Origin: a virus
DNA: 64,000 bases
IMG/VR virus record: IMGVR_UViG_3300009157_000002
Span: 1-64,000 of that record
Direction: 5' to 3' (one strand)
Under the pieces are notes generated by a model. That model was not told where the DNA came from. It worked only from the letters and a program-made list of their open reading frames with translations, and ran no database searches. Both the position numbers and the translations under genes were made by a program. Shown one piece after another: positions 38,683 through 48,674 of the stretch. How positions within the stretch are numbered: the first letter of the stretch is position 1; each line of letters opens with the position of its first letter.

Positions 38683-38899
38683 GATTGGAACACCGGTATG
38701 TTATATTTCAAAAACAGCACTTAAGGGAGAAAGCGGAAAAATGGTTGAAACAAAAAATCTTGGCAGGGTTACATCCGTTAATGATAAATTTGTTTTTGTT
38801 CGATATAATAGCAGCAATACATCACAGGCTACAGACCCAGAGGATCTGTTTTTTTTAAACAACAGACCTGATTTAGTAGCTTTAATTAAAGAAAAATAA
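38660..38899 (+). CDS. SH3-like small phage protein
   Basis: GRVTSVNDKFVFVRY..QATDPEDL. Confidence 0.55.
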   Translation: MKKTTDFKIGTPVCYISKTALKGESGKMVETKNLGRVTSVNDKFVFVRYNSSNTSQATDPEDLFFLNNRPDLVALIKEK

Positions 38900-38900
38900 C

Positions 38901-39278
38901 ATGCAATACTCACCAAAATTAAAAATTGCGATGGAGGAAATCAAGGCCATCCTAAAAAAACATGACATAGCTGCCTCCGTTGTCCTTCATACACCAGGGC
39001 ATAGCGAATACCTGCTAAAAATCAATCCATCGTATTCCTGCGCTTTTTGTGAAGGGAATCATATACGAATTAGAGCCAAATTACAGCAAGATTTTAATGG
39101 AGACAAAAATGCCTGGTCACAAAAAGTAAGTGATACTTATAATATGATTGATTTATTGGGAAAGGTTAGCGGTGAAACTGCTTTATCGCTTTTTGATATT
39201 ATGGACCTTTTAAATAAAGTCGTAGAGGCAGAGAGCTTTGACGGAGGTCATACTTCCCATACCACACAAAATAATTAA
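38901..39278 (+). CDS. Hypothetical protein
   Basis: In operon. Confidence 0.55.
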   Translation: MQYSPKLKIAMEEIKAILKKHDIAASVVLHTPGHSEYLLKINPSYSCAFCEGNHIRIRAKLQQDFNGDKNAWSQKVSDTYNMIDLLGKVSGETALSLFDIMDLLNKVVEAESFDGGHTSHTTQNN

Positions 39279-39279
39279 C

Positions 39280-39606
39280 ATGGAAGGCATGAAAAAAAGT
39301 ACAAATAAAGAACTGGTCGAAGAGCTAACTGCTCTTAATGTTAACGGAAAATATGACCATATTATAAAAGAGGCAATGGATGGTGAGTACCATGACTTTA
39401 AGAATGAAAAATACGTATGCGGCAAAGTACAATTAGTTAATGAACTTTCTTTATTTCCGGAGCTTTCCAGTATCCGCGCCGCTGTTATTGATGGTAAATA
39501 CGATGAATCTCCCGATGAAGAAGATAAAAAAAAGATGCGCCAGGAAATTATTGAAAATACATCGCCTGAAAAAGTAGATGCATTTTTAAAAATGCTAGGG
39601 CTATGA
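39280..39606 (+). CDS. Hypothetical protein
   Basis: GEYHDFK motif; likely start at 39280. Confidence 0.5.
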   Translation: MEGMKKSTNKELVEELTALNVNGKYDHIIKEAMDGEYHDFKNEKYVCGKVQLVNELSLFPELSSIRAAVIDGKYDESPDEEDKKKMRQEIIENTSPEKVDAFLKMLGL

Positions 39607-39848
39607 TGATTAGCGATTATAAAGAATTATTGGCTGGAGTAACCTGTAGATGGTGTGATCACAAGGTCGAGTTAACCGGACCAGTAGAAGGCTCTAATCA
39701 TTCCGGCGGCTTTGTTGTAGAAGGATACAAAGAAAAACAATGGTTGTTTACCGTTTGTCCAGGTTGCGGTTATGGATGGTCCCTAATTAAACTGGCACGA
39801 ATGATTAACAAAGGAGAAGATAAAAAAATCACAAAATTTTTAATATAG
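39603..39848 (+). CDS. Zn-ribbon protein
   Basis: CRWC...CPGC. Confidence 0.55.
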   Translation: MMISDYKELLAGVTCRWCDHKVELTGPVEGSNHSGGFVVEGYKEKQWLFTVCPGCGYGWSLIKLARMINKGEDKKITKFLI

Positions 39849-39854
39849 ATTAAG

Positions 39855-40103
39855 ATGGGAAATATCGTAACCGCTCCAAGCGAAAAAATGAATGATTTAG
39901 AATTAAGTTTTAAAATATCTTATAAAACTGGCAAAGAAGAAACTTTGGTGTTTAATATAAGAACCAATATTAAACCTGACGACATGGAGGTTGTAATGGA
40001 GAACTGGTTGGTAAGAACGGAAGAGTACACCGTAGAGTCCCTGGTTGAATACATAAACAGTAAATCAAAATTTGGTTTTATTGCATTAGCAATACGTAAA
40101 TGA
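39855..40103 (+). CDS. Hypothetical protein
   Basis: In operon. Confidence 0.5.
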   Translation: MGNIVTAPSEKMNDLELSFKISYKTGKEETLVFNIRTNIKPDDMEVVMENWLVRTEEYTVESLVEYINSKSKFGFIALAIRK

Positions 40104-40243
40104 AATTGAAAAAGAAAACAATTTTTAGTCTTGTTATAATTATTATTTTAATTGGAACGGCTAAGTACACACCTCCAACCATAATACTTCCGATGGCTTG
40201 TTTTGTATTCGGTTTTTTAGCAGCAAAAGGACTTAAGAATTAA
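40100..40243 (+). CDS. 47-aa two-TM microprotein (not in the ORF track)
   Basis: ATGA-coupled; MKLKKKTIFSLVIIIILIGTAKYTPPTIILPMACFVFGFLAAKGLKN. Confidence 0.5.
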   Translation: MKLKKKTIFSLVIIIILIGTAKYTPPTIILPMACFVFGFLAAKGLKN

Positions 40244-40255
40244 TAGATATAAAAA

Positions 40256-40642
40256 ATGAGACCACTTATTATTAATCAGCAGATCATAGACATAATACAG
40301 GGAATTATTAAGCATGCAGAGCGCAATCCATTTTCGATGGATGATTTGTTAGATAGGATGAATAAACAAGTACCCCAGCCTGGAGACATGGATGAATTTA
40401 GATGTATTATTCCATTTGGTTATCAGGTTGTTTTCTCTATTGAGGATCAGGTTCGATCTAAAGTACGGCATCTTTCTGTATCAGTTCCAGTCAAAGGAGC
40501 CTTGCCAAGCGTTGAATCGGTAAGAGAAATTATAACCCTATTCGGGTTTAAAAATAAACTTGAAGACTGTATGGTAAAAACATTCGACAATTTTGAAGAC
40601 TGCGAATACGGGGGGGTTGATGTTTTAGAAATTATTGAATAA
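40256..40642 (+). CDS. Hypothetical protein
   Basis: VVFSIE..RHLSVSV..LP motif. Confidence 0.55.
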   Translation: MRPLIINQQIIDIIQGIIKHAERNPFSMDDLLDRMNKQVPQPGDMDEFRCIIPFGYQVVFSIEDQVRSKVRHLSVSVPVKGALPSVESVREIITLFGFKNKLEDCMVKTFDNFEDCEYGGVDVLEIIE

Positions 40643-40699
40643 TCAGATGATAAAAAACTCATAATTTAAACCAAAAACTAAACTAAAAAACAGAAAAAA

Positions 40700-41641
40700 A
40701 TGGAAAGAATTGCAGTAAAAACAAATCATCAAGAAAAAAATGGCTCACCTGTAATAAGGAAGATTTTTAAATTAAATTCAGATGGGAGTGTTTCACTCGT
40801 AATGGCGAAATTTCTTAAATTGGAACCATTGCCAACGCTGGCATTTGAAGAGATTACTCCAGACATCGCAAAAAAAATGTTAGATCATGGTAGAGGCCGC
40901 AATAGACCGATAACAAAATCTAATCTTGCTTCCATTACAACAGATATGCTTGCCGACAAATATGCTATTACTGGTGAGACTGTTATTGTAGCAGTAAGTG
41001 GAAAACTACTGGACGGCCAACATCGCTTATATTCTATTATTGAATCTAAGAAATCACAGGTGATTGCAGTTGCAAGGAATATCCCAGATAATTCGTTTCA
41101 ATTTATTGATACAGGAAGAACACGAAGAGCCTCTGATGTGTTAGGAATTCAAGGAATTGATAAACCAACAAGGGTCGCGGCTGTCGTTAAATTTATTATC
41201 TATTTTCAAAATGCACGCTATGGTTCAACTGTTAAAGGTGTGGGCTCCGGAGATAAATTTCGTGTAAACAATGATCAGGTGGCTAAATTTGCAATCAAAC
41301 ATGAAAAATCTATTTTTGAATCTCTTCCGGTTGGTTTTCATAAAGGGGTTAAGCTTGTTACACCTGTATCGTTATCCGCACTTCATTATATATTTAAGCA
41401 GATAAATGAACAACAAGCCGATGATTTTTGCTGGAAGGTAACCGTTGGTGAAAGCTTAACAAAAACCAATCCGATACATTTATTACGAAATGAACTTATT
41501 GCAGATATGCGCTCGAAGAGACCAATGAGAGGACTTGAAAAAATAGGTCTGATATGCAAAACATGGAATTTGTACCGGACAAAGAAAACAGTTTCCGTGT
41601 TAGAGTGGAATCCTAAAGAAGAGTTTCCGAAACCAATATAG
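40700..41641 (+). CDS. ParB/Srx-like N-terminal domain protein
   Basis: ITPDIAKKML..NRPI..LLDGQHRL..IDTGRTR. Confidence 0.7.
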   Translation: MERIAVKTNHQEKNGSPVIRKIFKLNSDGSVSLVMAKFLKLEPLPTLAFEEITPDIAKKMLDHGRGRNRPITKSNLASITTDMLADKYAITGETVIVAVSGKLLDGQHRLYSIIESKKSQVIAVARNIPDNSFQFIDTGRTRRASDVLGIQGIDKPTRVAAVVKFIIYFQNARYGSTVKGVGSGDKFRVNNDQVAKFAIKHEKSIFESLPVGFHKGVKLVTPVSLSALHYIFKQINEQQADDFCWKVTVGESLTKTNPIHLLRNELIADMRSKRPMRGLEKIGLICKTWNLYRTKKTVSVLEWNPKEEFPKPI

Positions 41642-41644
41642 AAA

Positions 41645-41824
41645 ATGTCAGAAGGATATAAATTAATCCCGATGGCTGATATTCATCCGGAGATACGCAA
41701 GATTGCAGTAGAATGGGGAGAGAACGCCCCCTACTACTTTCATCTATGGGACAAACACAAACTAGCCTCTGATATACAAAACGCATGTTTAATAATGATT
41801 AAAGAAAACAATAAAATAAAATGA
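41645..41824 (+). CDS. 59-aa hypothetical protein (not in the ORF track)
   Basis: Fills the gap; its TGA overlaps the next ATG. Confidence 0.45.
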   Translation: MSEGYKLIPMADIHPEIRKIAVEWGENAPYYFHLWDKHKLASDIQNACLIMIKENNKIK

Positions 41825-42216
41825 AAGACGATAAAAAAACAGAAGAATCTAAAACACACCCTGACTATCCAGGCTATTTATTCTATAATGATGGCAGGGT
41901 ACAAAACATTAAAGAACCGGAGCTCTACAAATTCAAGTCAAAACACACCATGCACTCTGGAAAATTCGTGACACAATTTACACGCAAAAGTGGTCTTATC
42001 GCTGTTGGAATATTTAATAAAAATAACATACGGACTACTGTAAAATTAGCAAAAGTTATAGCGGAGCTTTTTGTTGAAAATCCGGAAGGAAAAAAATTTG
42101 CAGTCCCTAAAGACGGAAACAAAAGCAACATCCACTATACCAATTTGGAATGGAGTGATGCCAAAACTTCAATTGAAGAAAATATTAAAAAATGGGATAA
42201 GTTTTTAAAGGAATAG
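41821..42216 (+). CDS. NUMOD4/HNH-like protein, probably degenerate
   Basis: YPGYLFYNDGRV; AELFVENP..KDGNKSNIHYTNLEW, lacking the usual HNH His. Confidence 0.6.
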   Translation: MKDDKKTEESKTHPDYPGYLFYNDGRVQNIKEPELYKFKSKHTMHSGKFVTQFTRKSGLIAVGIFNKNNIRTTVKLAKVIAELFVENPEGKKFAVPKDGNKSNIHYTNLEWSDAKTSIEENIKKWDKFLKE

Positions 42217-42219
42217 AAA

Positions 42220-42471
42220 ATGGAAAAAGATTTTAAAGCGTTTAATCACGGAAAAAAAAAGATAGATCTAAGCGAGTACCATCCAATACTAATGCGACCA
42301 ATCGAAATTCATTTAAAAGAAGACGGCAGTATTACTAACGAACCCACCCTGACAATTGTTATGATACACCCTTCAATGGACTATTTTGTAATAGCAGGAG
42401 AGGTCTCATTGAAGATGTTTAATGATGGTATTAAAGACATTGGATACGAACTAAAAAAAATTGAAACATAA
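42220..42471 (+). CDS. Hypothetical protein
   Basis: In operon. Confidence 0.5.
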   Translation: MEKDFKAFNHGKKKIDLSEYHPILMRPIEIHLKEDGSITNEPTLTIVMIHPSMDYFVIAGEVSLKMFNDGIKDIGYELKKIET

Positions 42472-42845
42472 TGGAACTAACAGTAGAAAATTTAGAATCG
42501 GTCGTAAGTGATTGCTTGTTTAAAAAAGATGAAGATAGAGGCAATTACGTAGAAGGCAGCGGAGTTATACTTCGCTTTGGCTTTCATCCGGAACGATTGG
42601 AAAAACATAGAGCAGATATTGAGGACATGCTTAACCAATTACCCGATGAGTTTAAAAAGAATAGTGGCGGCGGCTACTCTTTTGGAATGGCTTATAGAAG
42701 AAAGGACGGAGTTCATTGGGGCGAACATCGGCATATTGATACGTTACTTTGCCTGGGTATAGCTATTGGTAAAGCCAGGACACAATTTCCAAGGGATATG
42801 TGGAATATATTTCCTGGAGGTTTACCTTATTTTGTTATTAATTAA
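42471..42845 (+). CDS. Conserved phage protein
   Basis: FGFHPERLE..LPDEF..GGGYSF..WG..PGGLPY. Confidence 0.65.
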   Translation: MELTVENLESVVSDCLFKKDEDRGNYVEGSGVILRFGFHPERLEKHRADIEDMLNQLPDEFKKNSGGGYSFGMAYRRKDGVHWGEHRHIDTLLCLGIAIGKARTQFPRDMWNIFPGGLPYFVIN

Positions 42846-42855
42846 AAATTAAGCC

Positions 42856-43197
42856 ATGTATTATATATTAGATGGGAAAACACCGAAGCGTGTTGATTTG
42901 ATGGAATGGGCTAAGTTTATAGAAACCAACTGTAATCGTCATATTGGCGATACTCTTTTGAAGGTGAATAGGCATGTAAGAGTACGCATATCAACCATAT
43001 TTTTAGGACTTGATTATTCTTCCTTTATTGGAGGACCGCCAATACTTTTTGAAACCATGATATTCGGAATTAAGGATGATAGCTACCAATGGCGATACAC
43101 CACCTGGGAAGCGGCAGAGAAGGGCCACAAGTATGCTGTAAACCTTGCTAAAAACCATATTAAATGGATGCAAAAAACAATTAAGACCAAGGGTTAA
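42856..43197 (+). CDS. Conserved phage protein
   Basis: ISTIFLGLD..PILFETMIFG..RYTTWEAAEKGH. Confidence 0.65.
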   Translation: MYYILDGKTPKRVDLMEWAKFIETNCNRHIGDTLLKVNRHVRVRISTIFLGLDYSSFIGGPPILFETMIFGIKDDSYQWRYTTWEAAEKGHKYAVNLAKNHIKWMQKTIKTKG

Positions 43198-43427
43198 TCC
43201 TCCTGCTCTTCCAAATTTTTTTCCTCTTCTTTCATATCCCTGGTTTCCTTCATCTGCTTATAAGCAATATTCGAAAGTATCCGTATTTCTGTTCTAAGAA
43301 CAAGGTATTGTTTTCTTAGCCGGGTAAGGTTTACGTAACTGTTAGCCACGTCAACCGAAGCTGCCGCATGATCCATAGCCACAATAAGTTTGATAAGCTC
43401 TTTGTGTTTTTCTAAAAAGAATCCCAT
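43194..43427 (-). CDS. Small helical protein
   Basis: Divergent from the palindrome pair; -7 TATTTTTG at 43441-43448 (-). Confidence 0.45.
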   Translation of the reverse strand: MGFFLEKHKELIKLIVAMDHAAASVDVANSYVNLTRLRKQYLVLRTEIRILSNIAYKQMKETRDMKEEEKNLEEQED

Positions 43428-43450
43428 ATCTATTTTTAGACAAAAATAAC

Positions 43451-43509
43451 TTATTTAGAATGATTCTAAATAATGTATTATATTTGTTATTTAGAATCAT
43501 TCTAAATAA
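43451..43509. promoter_or_regulatory. Two Fur-box-like palindromes flanking a TATATTTG -7 element
   Basis: Copies at 43451-43473 and 43487-43509; TATATTTG at 43479-43486. Confidence 0.8.
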
Positions 43510-43514
43510 GAGAT

Positions 43515-43784
43515 ATGGAAACAGCTACAGAAAAAAAGCCCTGGGTATCAGAAGGCATAACAGAAAAAGATCTCTGCAATCTCACCAAATATTTTCGAAC
43601 GCATATCTTAAAAGTAGAAGTTGCTGACTTCGCAAAAAAGGCGGGAATTCCGAGTTATCGAATTTCAAATTGGGAAGCACATAAAGTCACCTCAACACCA
43701 TCGGATAAAATCGGACTAGCCGCAATACGAAAGATCGCAGACGCTTACGGATATGATGCTGAAATAGTTCTCACTAAAAAATAA
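43515..43784 (+). CDS. XRE-like HTH regulator
   Basis: VADFAKKAGIPSYRISNWE...IRKIADAYG. Confidence 0.7.
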   Translation: METATEKKPWVSEGITEKDLCNLTKYFRTHILKVEVADFAKKAGIPSYRISNWEAHKVTSTPSDKIGLAAIRKIADAYGYDAEIVLTKK

Positions 43785-43788
43785 TCCA

Positions 43789-44100
43789 ATGATCCCAGTA
43801 AGTTATATCGATAAAAGCTCTTCAGTAAACGCTTTAATCACTGGCAAAATAGCCATTTCATCGGACGGCGTAACTTGGGAATATCTCACTACTGACGACA
43901 TGAGTATTGGAAAAATTTTTTCCGGAGCTCCCGGATTAAACTATCCATTTCTTACAAAAACTATTGTAGTACTAAGATACACAGATGGTCCTTCTTACGC
44001 CTTTGACATTCAGACCGTAAAAAACCAACCCACCTGGCAGGGAGGCACTCAGGCCGAATTAAAGATAGCAGTTGACGACATCGCAGCATGGTTGAACTAA
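43789..44100 (+). CDS. Hypothetical protein
   Basis: In operon. Confidence 0.5.
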   Translation: MIPVSYIDKSSSVNALITGKIAISSDGVTWEYLTTDDMSIGKIFSGAPGLNYPFLTKTIVVLRYTDGPSYAFDIQTVKNQPTWQGGTQAELKIAVDDIAAWLN

Positions 44101-44311
44101 GCGAAGGAAGAGGATTCCTGTTTTTTATAAAGAACAAAAAAAATGCCCGTTCACCGGACATTCACTTGCGCTTGATCGAAGGTGGAAAGGAAGTAAAAAT
44201 GGTAGGTTGGAAAAAGCTTGATCAAAACAAAGATGTCTACTACACACTGGAAAAATCTATTGAAAAACCCAAATAAGTTACTTACAAAAGAAAGAGTAAA
44301 CACCTAGCATT

Positions 44312-44746
44312 ATGGAACTAACGAAACAGGAAGCACAGAATTTATTTAACGACATTCAACCATTAACCAAAGCACCCATTGGAGCGCTTTACCCAATATC
44401 GGCGGTTGTTGCAGAAAATTATATGATATTAAAACGCGGTGTTATAGAAGATATAAAGCGCCGCCACGCTAAAATTATATTTGAACTGGCAAAAAAAGAT
44501 GAGAAAGGTAAACCCATAGAAAACCCTAAAGGTGTTTATGATTTTGCCGATAACACGGAAGAAGCCGAAAAACGGTATACTGAAATGATGGATGAAGTTA
44601 TTGACATCAAGTTTGCAACCATTACCGAACGTTATGCGTTAGAATGCAAAGCTCCTTCCGAATATTTATTTCCGCTTTACAAATACATCATTATACCAAC
44701 GCACCCACAAACGGTTATCTCAGAACCTCAACGGGTACAAGTATAG
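44312..44746 (+). CDS. Hypothetical protein (DUF1617/chaperone-like)
   Basis: AKKDEKGKP motif. Confidence 0.45.
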   Translation: MELTKQEAQNLFNDIQPLTKAPIGALYPISAVVAENYMILKRGVIEDIKRRHAKIIFELAKKDEKGKPIENPKGVYDFADNTEEAEKRYTEMMDEVIDIKFATITERYALECKAPSEYLFPLYKYIIIPTHPQTVISEPQRVQV

Positions 44747-47135
44747 TGTTCCAGTTAGTAGATTTATTGCACACATATCGCATTTGAGTGGTCTTTGCAG
44801 CCGATTCAGAGGTGTTAATTGGCTTAAGGTGTGAGAAGCAAATGGAAGCGATATATGCGTATGTAATAGAGTCGATCACATCATCGAAATAATACTTGGG
44901 ATCATCAACCTTAAATACCTCAATTCCGCTCTGTGTAGTTTTACGGACAAATGTTTTTAGCTGAATAAAAAACTCATTAACACGAATATTGCCAGCGTGC
45001 ATTTCCATAAGCTCCAGTAGCTTATTTGTTATATACCGGGAGGTTCCGGCCTTTTTACCGATCCCAATAGGTTCGGCACTATTCATTTGCAGATAATCAG
45101 GGAGCATAGTCTGAGGGATAAGTGTATTATAAAGCCCAAGCTCATCCACCATATTTATATATTCTCCACCAACGTTAAACTCTGGTAGTTCTTGAGGATG
45201 TCCGTAATAAACTCCGAGTAAAACAGATTGCAGATAATCATACCTGTAATCGTGTGTACGGTGATTAAGACATGCGGAAACAGTGTTTTCTTTAGCATCC
45301 CATATAGCACTGGAAAACTTAGAGTGCCCACTTTTCGCAAAAATAGGATCCGTACCTTTATAGTAACGATTCAACCATTTTTGTTCCGGATGATTAACAA
45401 TTACGGTAGTGGTACGATCATCAATATCGGAAGTAGGAATAAAATTAGCACCTCTTATCCGGAAGGGCACATATCCGGTAAGCTTAACACTGGTATCGTA
45501 GATTGGCTCAAAGTATCCGTACTGCGGCTTCTGTTTAACAGGAAGTAAATTGATACGTTTTATATGATCATTAAGAGTGTCAAGGGGGATAATGGTTTCT
45601 GCATTTCTTAAAAACATATCCTCAATGGTAATGGGATGATGCTGGTGAAACTGAACCTTAAATTTTATCTGGCCGCTGATTTTCCACTTCTCATAGTAAA
45701 TCGCTTTTTGTTCATCGTAGTATTCCTGGGTTACACCGGGTCGGGCAAAAAAATCAAAGAACACGGGCACCACGCCGCTACTAAACTTCCGTTCGCTCCA
45801 CATATTAAGCGCGGCACGAAATTCCGTTTCAAAAGCGTCTCCGCCTTTTTCCATATCGCCACCAGTACCCCAGCCGATTAACTGACGAACTAATTTTAAC
45901 CTTTTAAGCTCATAATCGTAAGCGTATAAAGTTGGCAGTACTTCATTGATCATACTGGAGAGATTGTTGATCATACCTACCTCATCGAGCAATACCATTG
46001 TTGGTGAACCACCATTTATCTCAATCTCGTTGGGAACTCCAACCAATATCCTGCTATCGGCTCCACCTCTGGTTCCTTTTTTACCATCTATCTTTCGGGA
46101 AATTTTAAATAATCCATCCCTGTCATTACTTACCGAACACTTGATCCAGTCAGGCAACGAGTAAAAAGAGAATTTAATCTTATCCTCAAAAATTTCCTCT
46201 CCCTTCTTTTTATCGTGTGTAATAAATTTAATAAAATGTGACCGATGGAAATTTGTTTTTTTGATCATAATGGCACCCATCGTAGTGGTAAAAAAGATCT
46301 GGCGACCTTTCCCGATCATTAAATTATACCCCGAATCGGTTAGGAATAAAAGTACCTGTTGCGCATCGTAAGCGATATACTTCCGGGAACCACCTGTAGA
46401 TTTATCATCTTTAAAGCGCACATATTTATCAAGAAAATAAAGTGTGTTTTGCTGAATCCTGTTTTTTTCGCGCACCACGAATTCCCAACGTTCATCCCTG
46501 GTTTTACAATTTTCATAAAGATCATTTTTCGCGATCCATATTTTAGACTGGAGCACATACTTGTTAAATCTTTCGTATGGAATCCGATTTAAAAAGCCTG
46601 AATTGATCGAATCAATCCAGCGTATAAATTCATCCGGATAGTTTTTTTCTTCAATCGGCAAGGGCATCCATTCGCGACTATCAATCTCATCCTTTTCGAC
46701 TAGCTTGGCAAGTTCTTTCTTTCGTTCCTTTTCCCTTTTATAAAGCTCCTTTGTAACATCATCAATGCTTTTTATGATCTTGCCATTATTAAGCTTAACC
46801 CTTTGTTTGGATTCTTTGATAAATCCAGCATCAATAAGTTCCATTTTTTTTTGTGATCCTATCTCATAACCTGCCGAATAGAGATCGAATAACCAGGTTA
46901 ACCGCTCTTCATTAACCAAAGGCTGTGCTGCCTGAACCCTGATACCCGGATCAACAGTAGATATAACCGGCAGGTAGTTTTCACGGACACCGCTTTTATA
47001 TTTTAGTACAGATTCCTCATCATACTCATAGCGCCCATCTGCCTGTAAAGTACCACCAATATAACCTGTGGCATAAAGATTATAAAGCTTAACCCTGTCA
47101 ATTCCTAGAATAGCACGAACTTCTTTTGCTTTCAT
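44715..47135 (-). CDS. terL: Terminase large subunit with N-terminal HTH extension
   Basis: Walker A MIGKGRQIFFTT, Walker B VLLDEVG, coupling motif GTGG and RNase H nuclease GTDP...DDVID. Confidence 0.85.
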   Translation of the reverse strand: MKAKEVRAILGIDRVKLYNLYATGYIGGTLQADGRYEYDEESVLKYKSGVRENYLPVISTVDPGIRVQAAQPLVNEERLTWLFDLYSAGYEIGSQKKMELIDAGFIKESKQRVKLNNGKIIKSIDDVTKELYKREKERKKELAKLVEKDEIDSREWMPLPIEEKNYPDEFIRWIDSINSGFLNRIPYERFNKYVLQSKIWIAKNDLYENCKTRDERWEFVVREKNRIQQNTLYFLDKYVRFKDDKSTGGSRKYIAYDAQQVLLFLTDSGYNLMIGKGRQIFFTTTMGAIMIKKTNFHRSHFIKFITHDKKKGEEIFEDKIKFSFYSLPDWIKCSVSNDRDGLFKISRKIDGKKGTRGGADSRILVGVPNEIEINGGSPTMVLLDEVGMINNLSSMINEVLPTLYAYDYELKRLKLVRQLIGWGTGGDMEKGGDAFETEFRAALNMWSERKFSSGVVPVFFDFFARPGVTQEYYDEQKAIYYEKWKISGQIKFKVQFHQHHPITIEDMFLRNAETIIPLDTLNDHIKRINLLPVKQKPQYGYFEPIYDTSVKLTGYVPFRIRGANFIPTSDIDDRTTTVIVNHPEQKWLNRYYKGTDPIFAKSGHSKFSSAIWDAKENTVSACLNHRTHDYRYDYLQSVLLGVYYGHPQELPEFNVGGEYINMVDELGLYNTLIPQTMLPDYLQMNSAEPIGIGKKAGTSRYITNKLLELMEMHAGNIRVNEFFIQLKTFVRKTTQSGIEVFKVDDPKYYFDDVIDSITYAYIASICFSHLKPINTSESAAKTTQMRYVCNKSTNWNTILVPVEVLR

Positions 47136-47196
47136 TATTTCTATTTAACAATCGATTATAAGCTCAAAAACAGATATTTAATATAACAAAAATAAC

Positions 47197-47219
47197 TTAT
47201 TTAGAATGATTCTAAATAA
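47197..47219. promoter_or_regulatory. Fur-box-like palindrome between divergent terL and structural operon
   Basis: TTATTTAGAATGATTCTAAATAA; -7 elements at 47187-47194 (-) and 47232-47239 (+). Confidence 0.8.
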
Positions 47220-47312
47220 GGAATTTTTAATTATATTTGTTTTCTAGTATTCTAAATACTCTTTTTTGATTGGGAAATAGGGAGAAAACCATAAACCTAA
47301 AACAACTACAGC

Positions 47313-48062
47313 ATGCACTACTATAAACCAGCGAACCTACTAGGCTCCGTCGTTTACAATCCCCTTTTAGTAAGCGGGGGAGATGTATCCATATCAAAAG
47401 GAAGAATATTTTTTGGTGGTCTGCCAGATGGGATTAAACTCTCTGATATAAAAAGTTATACAAGGACTGTTTATGCTGCGGGTACGCAAGAGGTAAGAAC
47501 CTTGGATTTAACAGGTATAGCCGTAGCCAACAGCACTCAGTACAGAATTATCATACAACGATTAGATACAGGGGAAAGAAAAACCTACCTTATTTTTACA
47601 GAGCCTTCCGGAAATACCGCTTCAACCATAGCTGAACAGATAAGACTTGCGATCAACAACGATCCAAGCAGAATTGCAACCGCTACGGGAGCAACAGATG
47701 TCGTAATACTAACAGAAATAAACACCGATACAAAGGGATTTATTTTTACAGAAATCCCAATTGGGGCTACTGACGTAGATACCACTCCGCATGTTGAGCC
47801 AAGCGGTACATATCCAGAAGCTTTTGCTTATGACCCTATCAATTCCGTTCCGGCAGGACAATACACCAAGTATACCATCGTGTATAAAAAAGATGTAAAC
47901 AATGCAGGGAATTCAGGAGGCGGATACGCATGGGTAGTAGCTGTTATTTTCGCAGACGAGGGAGATGCTAACTATGGCGATTTTGATGATGCTTTAACAG
48001 CTATTGTAACCGCATCCGGTGTTACCGATGCAGTAGCAGAGCCTTACGTACAGATCGCGTAA
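47313..48062 (+). CDS. Virion structural protein (auxiliary capsid-like)
   Basis: T/A/G-rich and beta-rich; own terminator; first gene of the structural operon. Confidence 0.5.
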   Translation: MHYYKPANLLGSVVYNPLLVSGGDVSISKGRIFFGGLPDGIKLSDIKSYTRTVYAAGTQEVRTLDLTGIAVANSTQYRIIIQRLDTGERKTYLIFTEPSGNTASTIAEQIRLAINNDPSRIATATGATDVVILTEINTDTKGFIFTEIPIGATDVDTTPHVEPSGTYPEAFAYDPINSVPAGQYTKYTIVYKKDVNNAGNSGGGYAWVVAVIFADEGDANYGDFDDALTAIVTASGVTDAVAEPYVQIA

Positions 48063-48071
48063 TAAAAAAAT

Positions 48072-48109
48072 AAAGACGTACCCTGCTTGAATGCGGGGTG
48101 CGTCTTTTT
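48072..48109 (+). terminator. Intrinsic terminator
   Basis: AAAGACGTACCCTGC-TTGAAT-GCGGGGTGCGTCTTTTT. Confidence 0.7.
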
Positions 48110-48116
48110 ACTATAT

Positions 48117-48674
48117 ATGGGAAAAGTCTATCTATTTAGGCCGCGTAACCAACACTCTTTGTTGACCGACTATCCGGAACTTAAAGGGATTAAGGAGTTT
48201 AGGCTTTCGTCTAAACAGATGGCATTTGTTAATCTATATGCTAATCCAACAAGCGAGTATAATGATGTTAAGCCAGAAAGAACACGACTGGAAAAATGTA
48301 TAAAGAAAGCTTTTGGAAATTCACTTCCAGAGAACGAAAAAGCAAAGTACTTGGTTGGCGAATTCCCTTCGTACATCATATCGGCTATCAATAAGATGAA
48401 GAGTTTTAACCCTGATGCCAGGTTTAGATCCAGAGCCATTATCAATAAAGTGTTTGATAAGCTGGAAGGACTCGTTGATATGGAGGATGAGGAAATGAAA
48501 AAATTGCAGATTGAGGATAAAAAAAGATATGCCGAACTCTTAATAAAAATAGCCGAAGGGCAACAAGGATTAATAAGTCAACTCGAAGGTGGTTATGGAA
48601 TAACAGAGGACGAAGACAATGGCCCTGGTGATGGGTCTGCAATGATGGAACAGGCACTAGAGCAAGAGATATGA
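48117..48674 (+). CDS. Pre-portal protein (possible small terminase)
   Basis: Likely ATG at 48117; helical with acidic tail; ATGA-coupled to the portal. Confidence 0.45.
   Translation: MGKVYLFRPRNQHSLLTDYPELKGIKEFRLSSKQMAFVNLYANPTSEYNDVKPERTRLEKCIKKAFGNSLPENEKAKYLVGEFPSYIISAINKMKSFNPDARFRSRAIINKVFDKLEGLVDMEDEEMKKLQIEDKKRYAELLIKIAEGQQGLISQLEGGYGITEDEDNGPGDGSAMMEQALEQEI

Noticed and set aside
46990-47135. IS607 element
   Set aside because: Only the HTH-like segment is present, in frame with TerL; no serine recombinase domain or TnpB.
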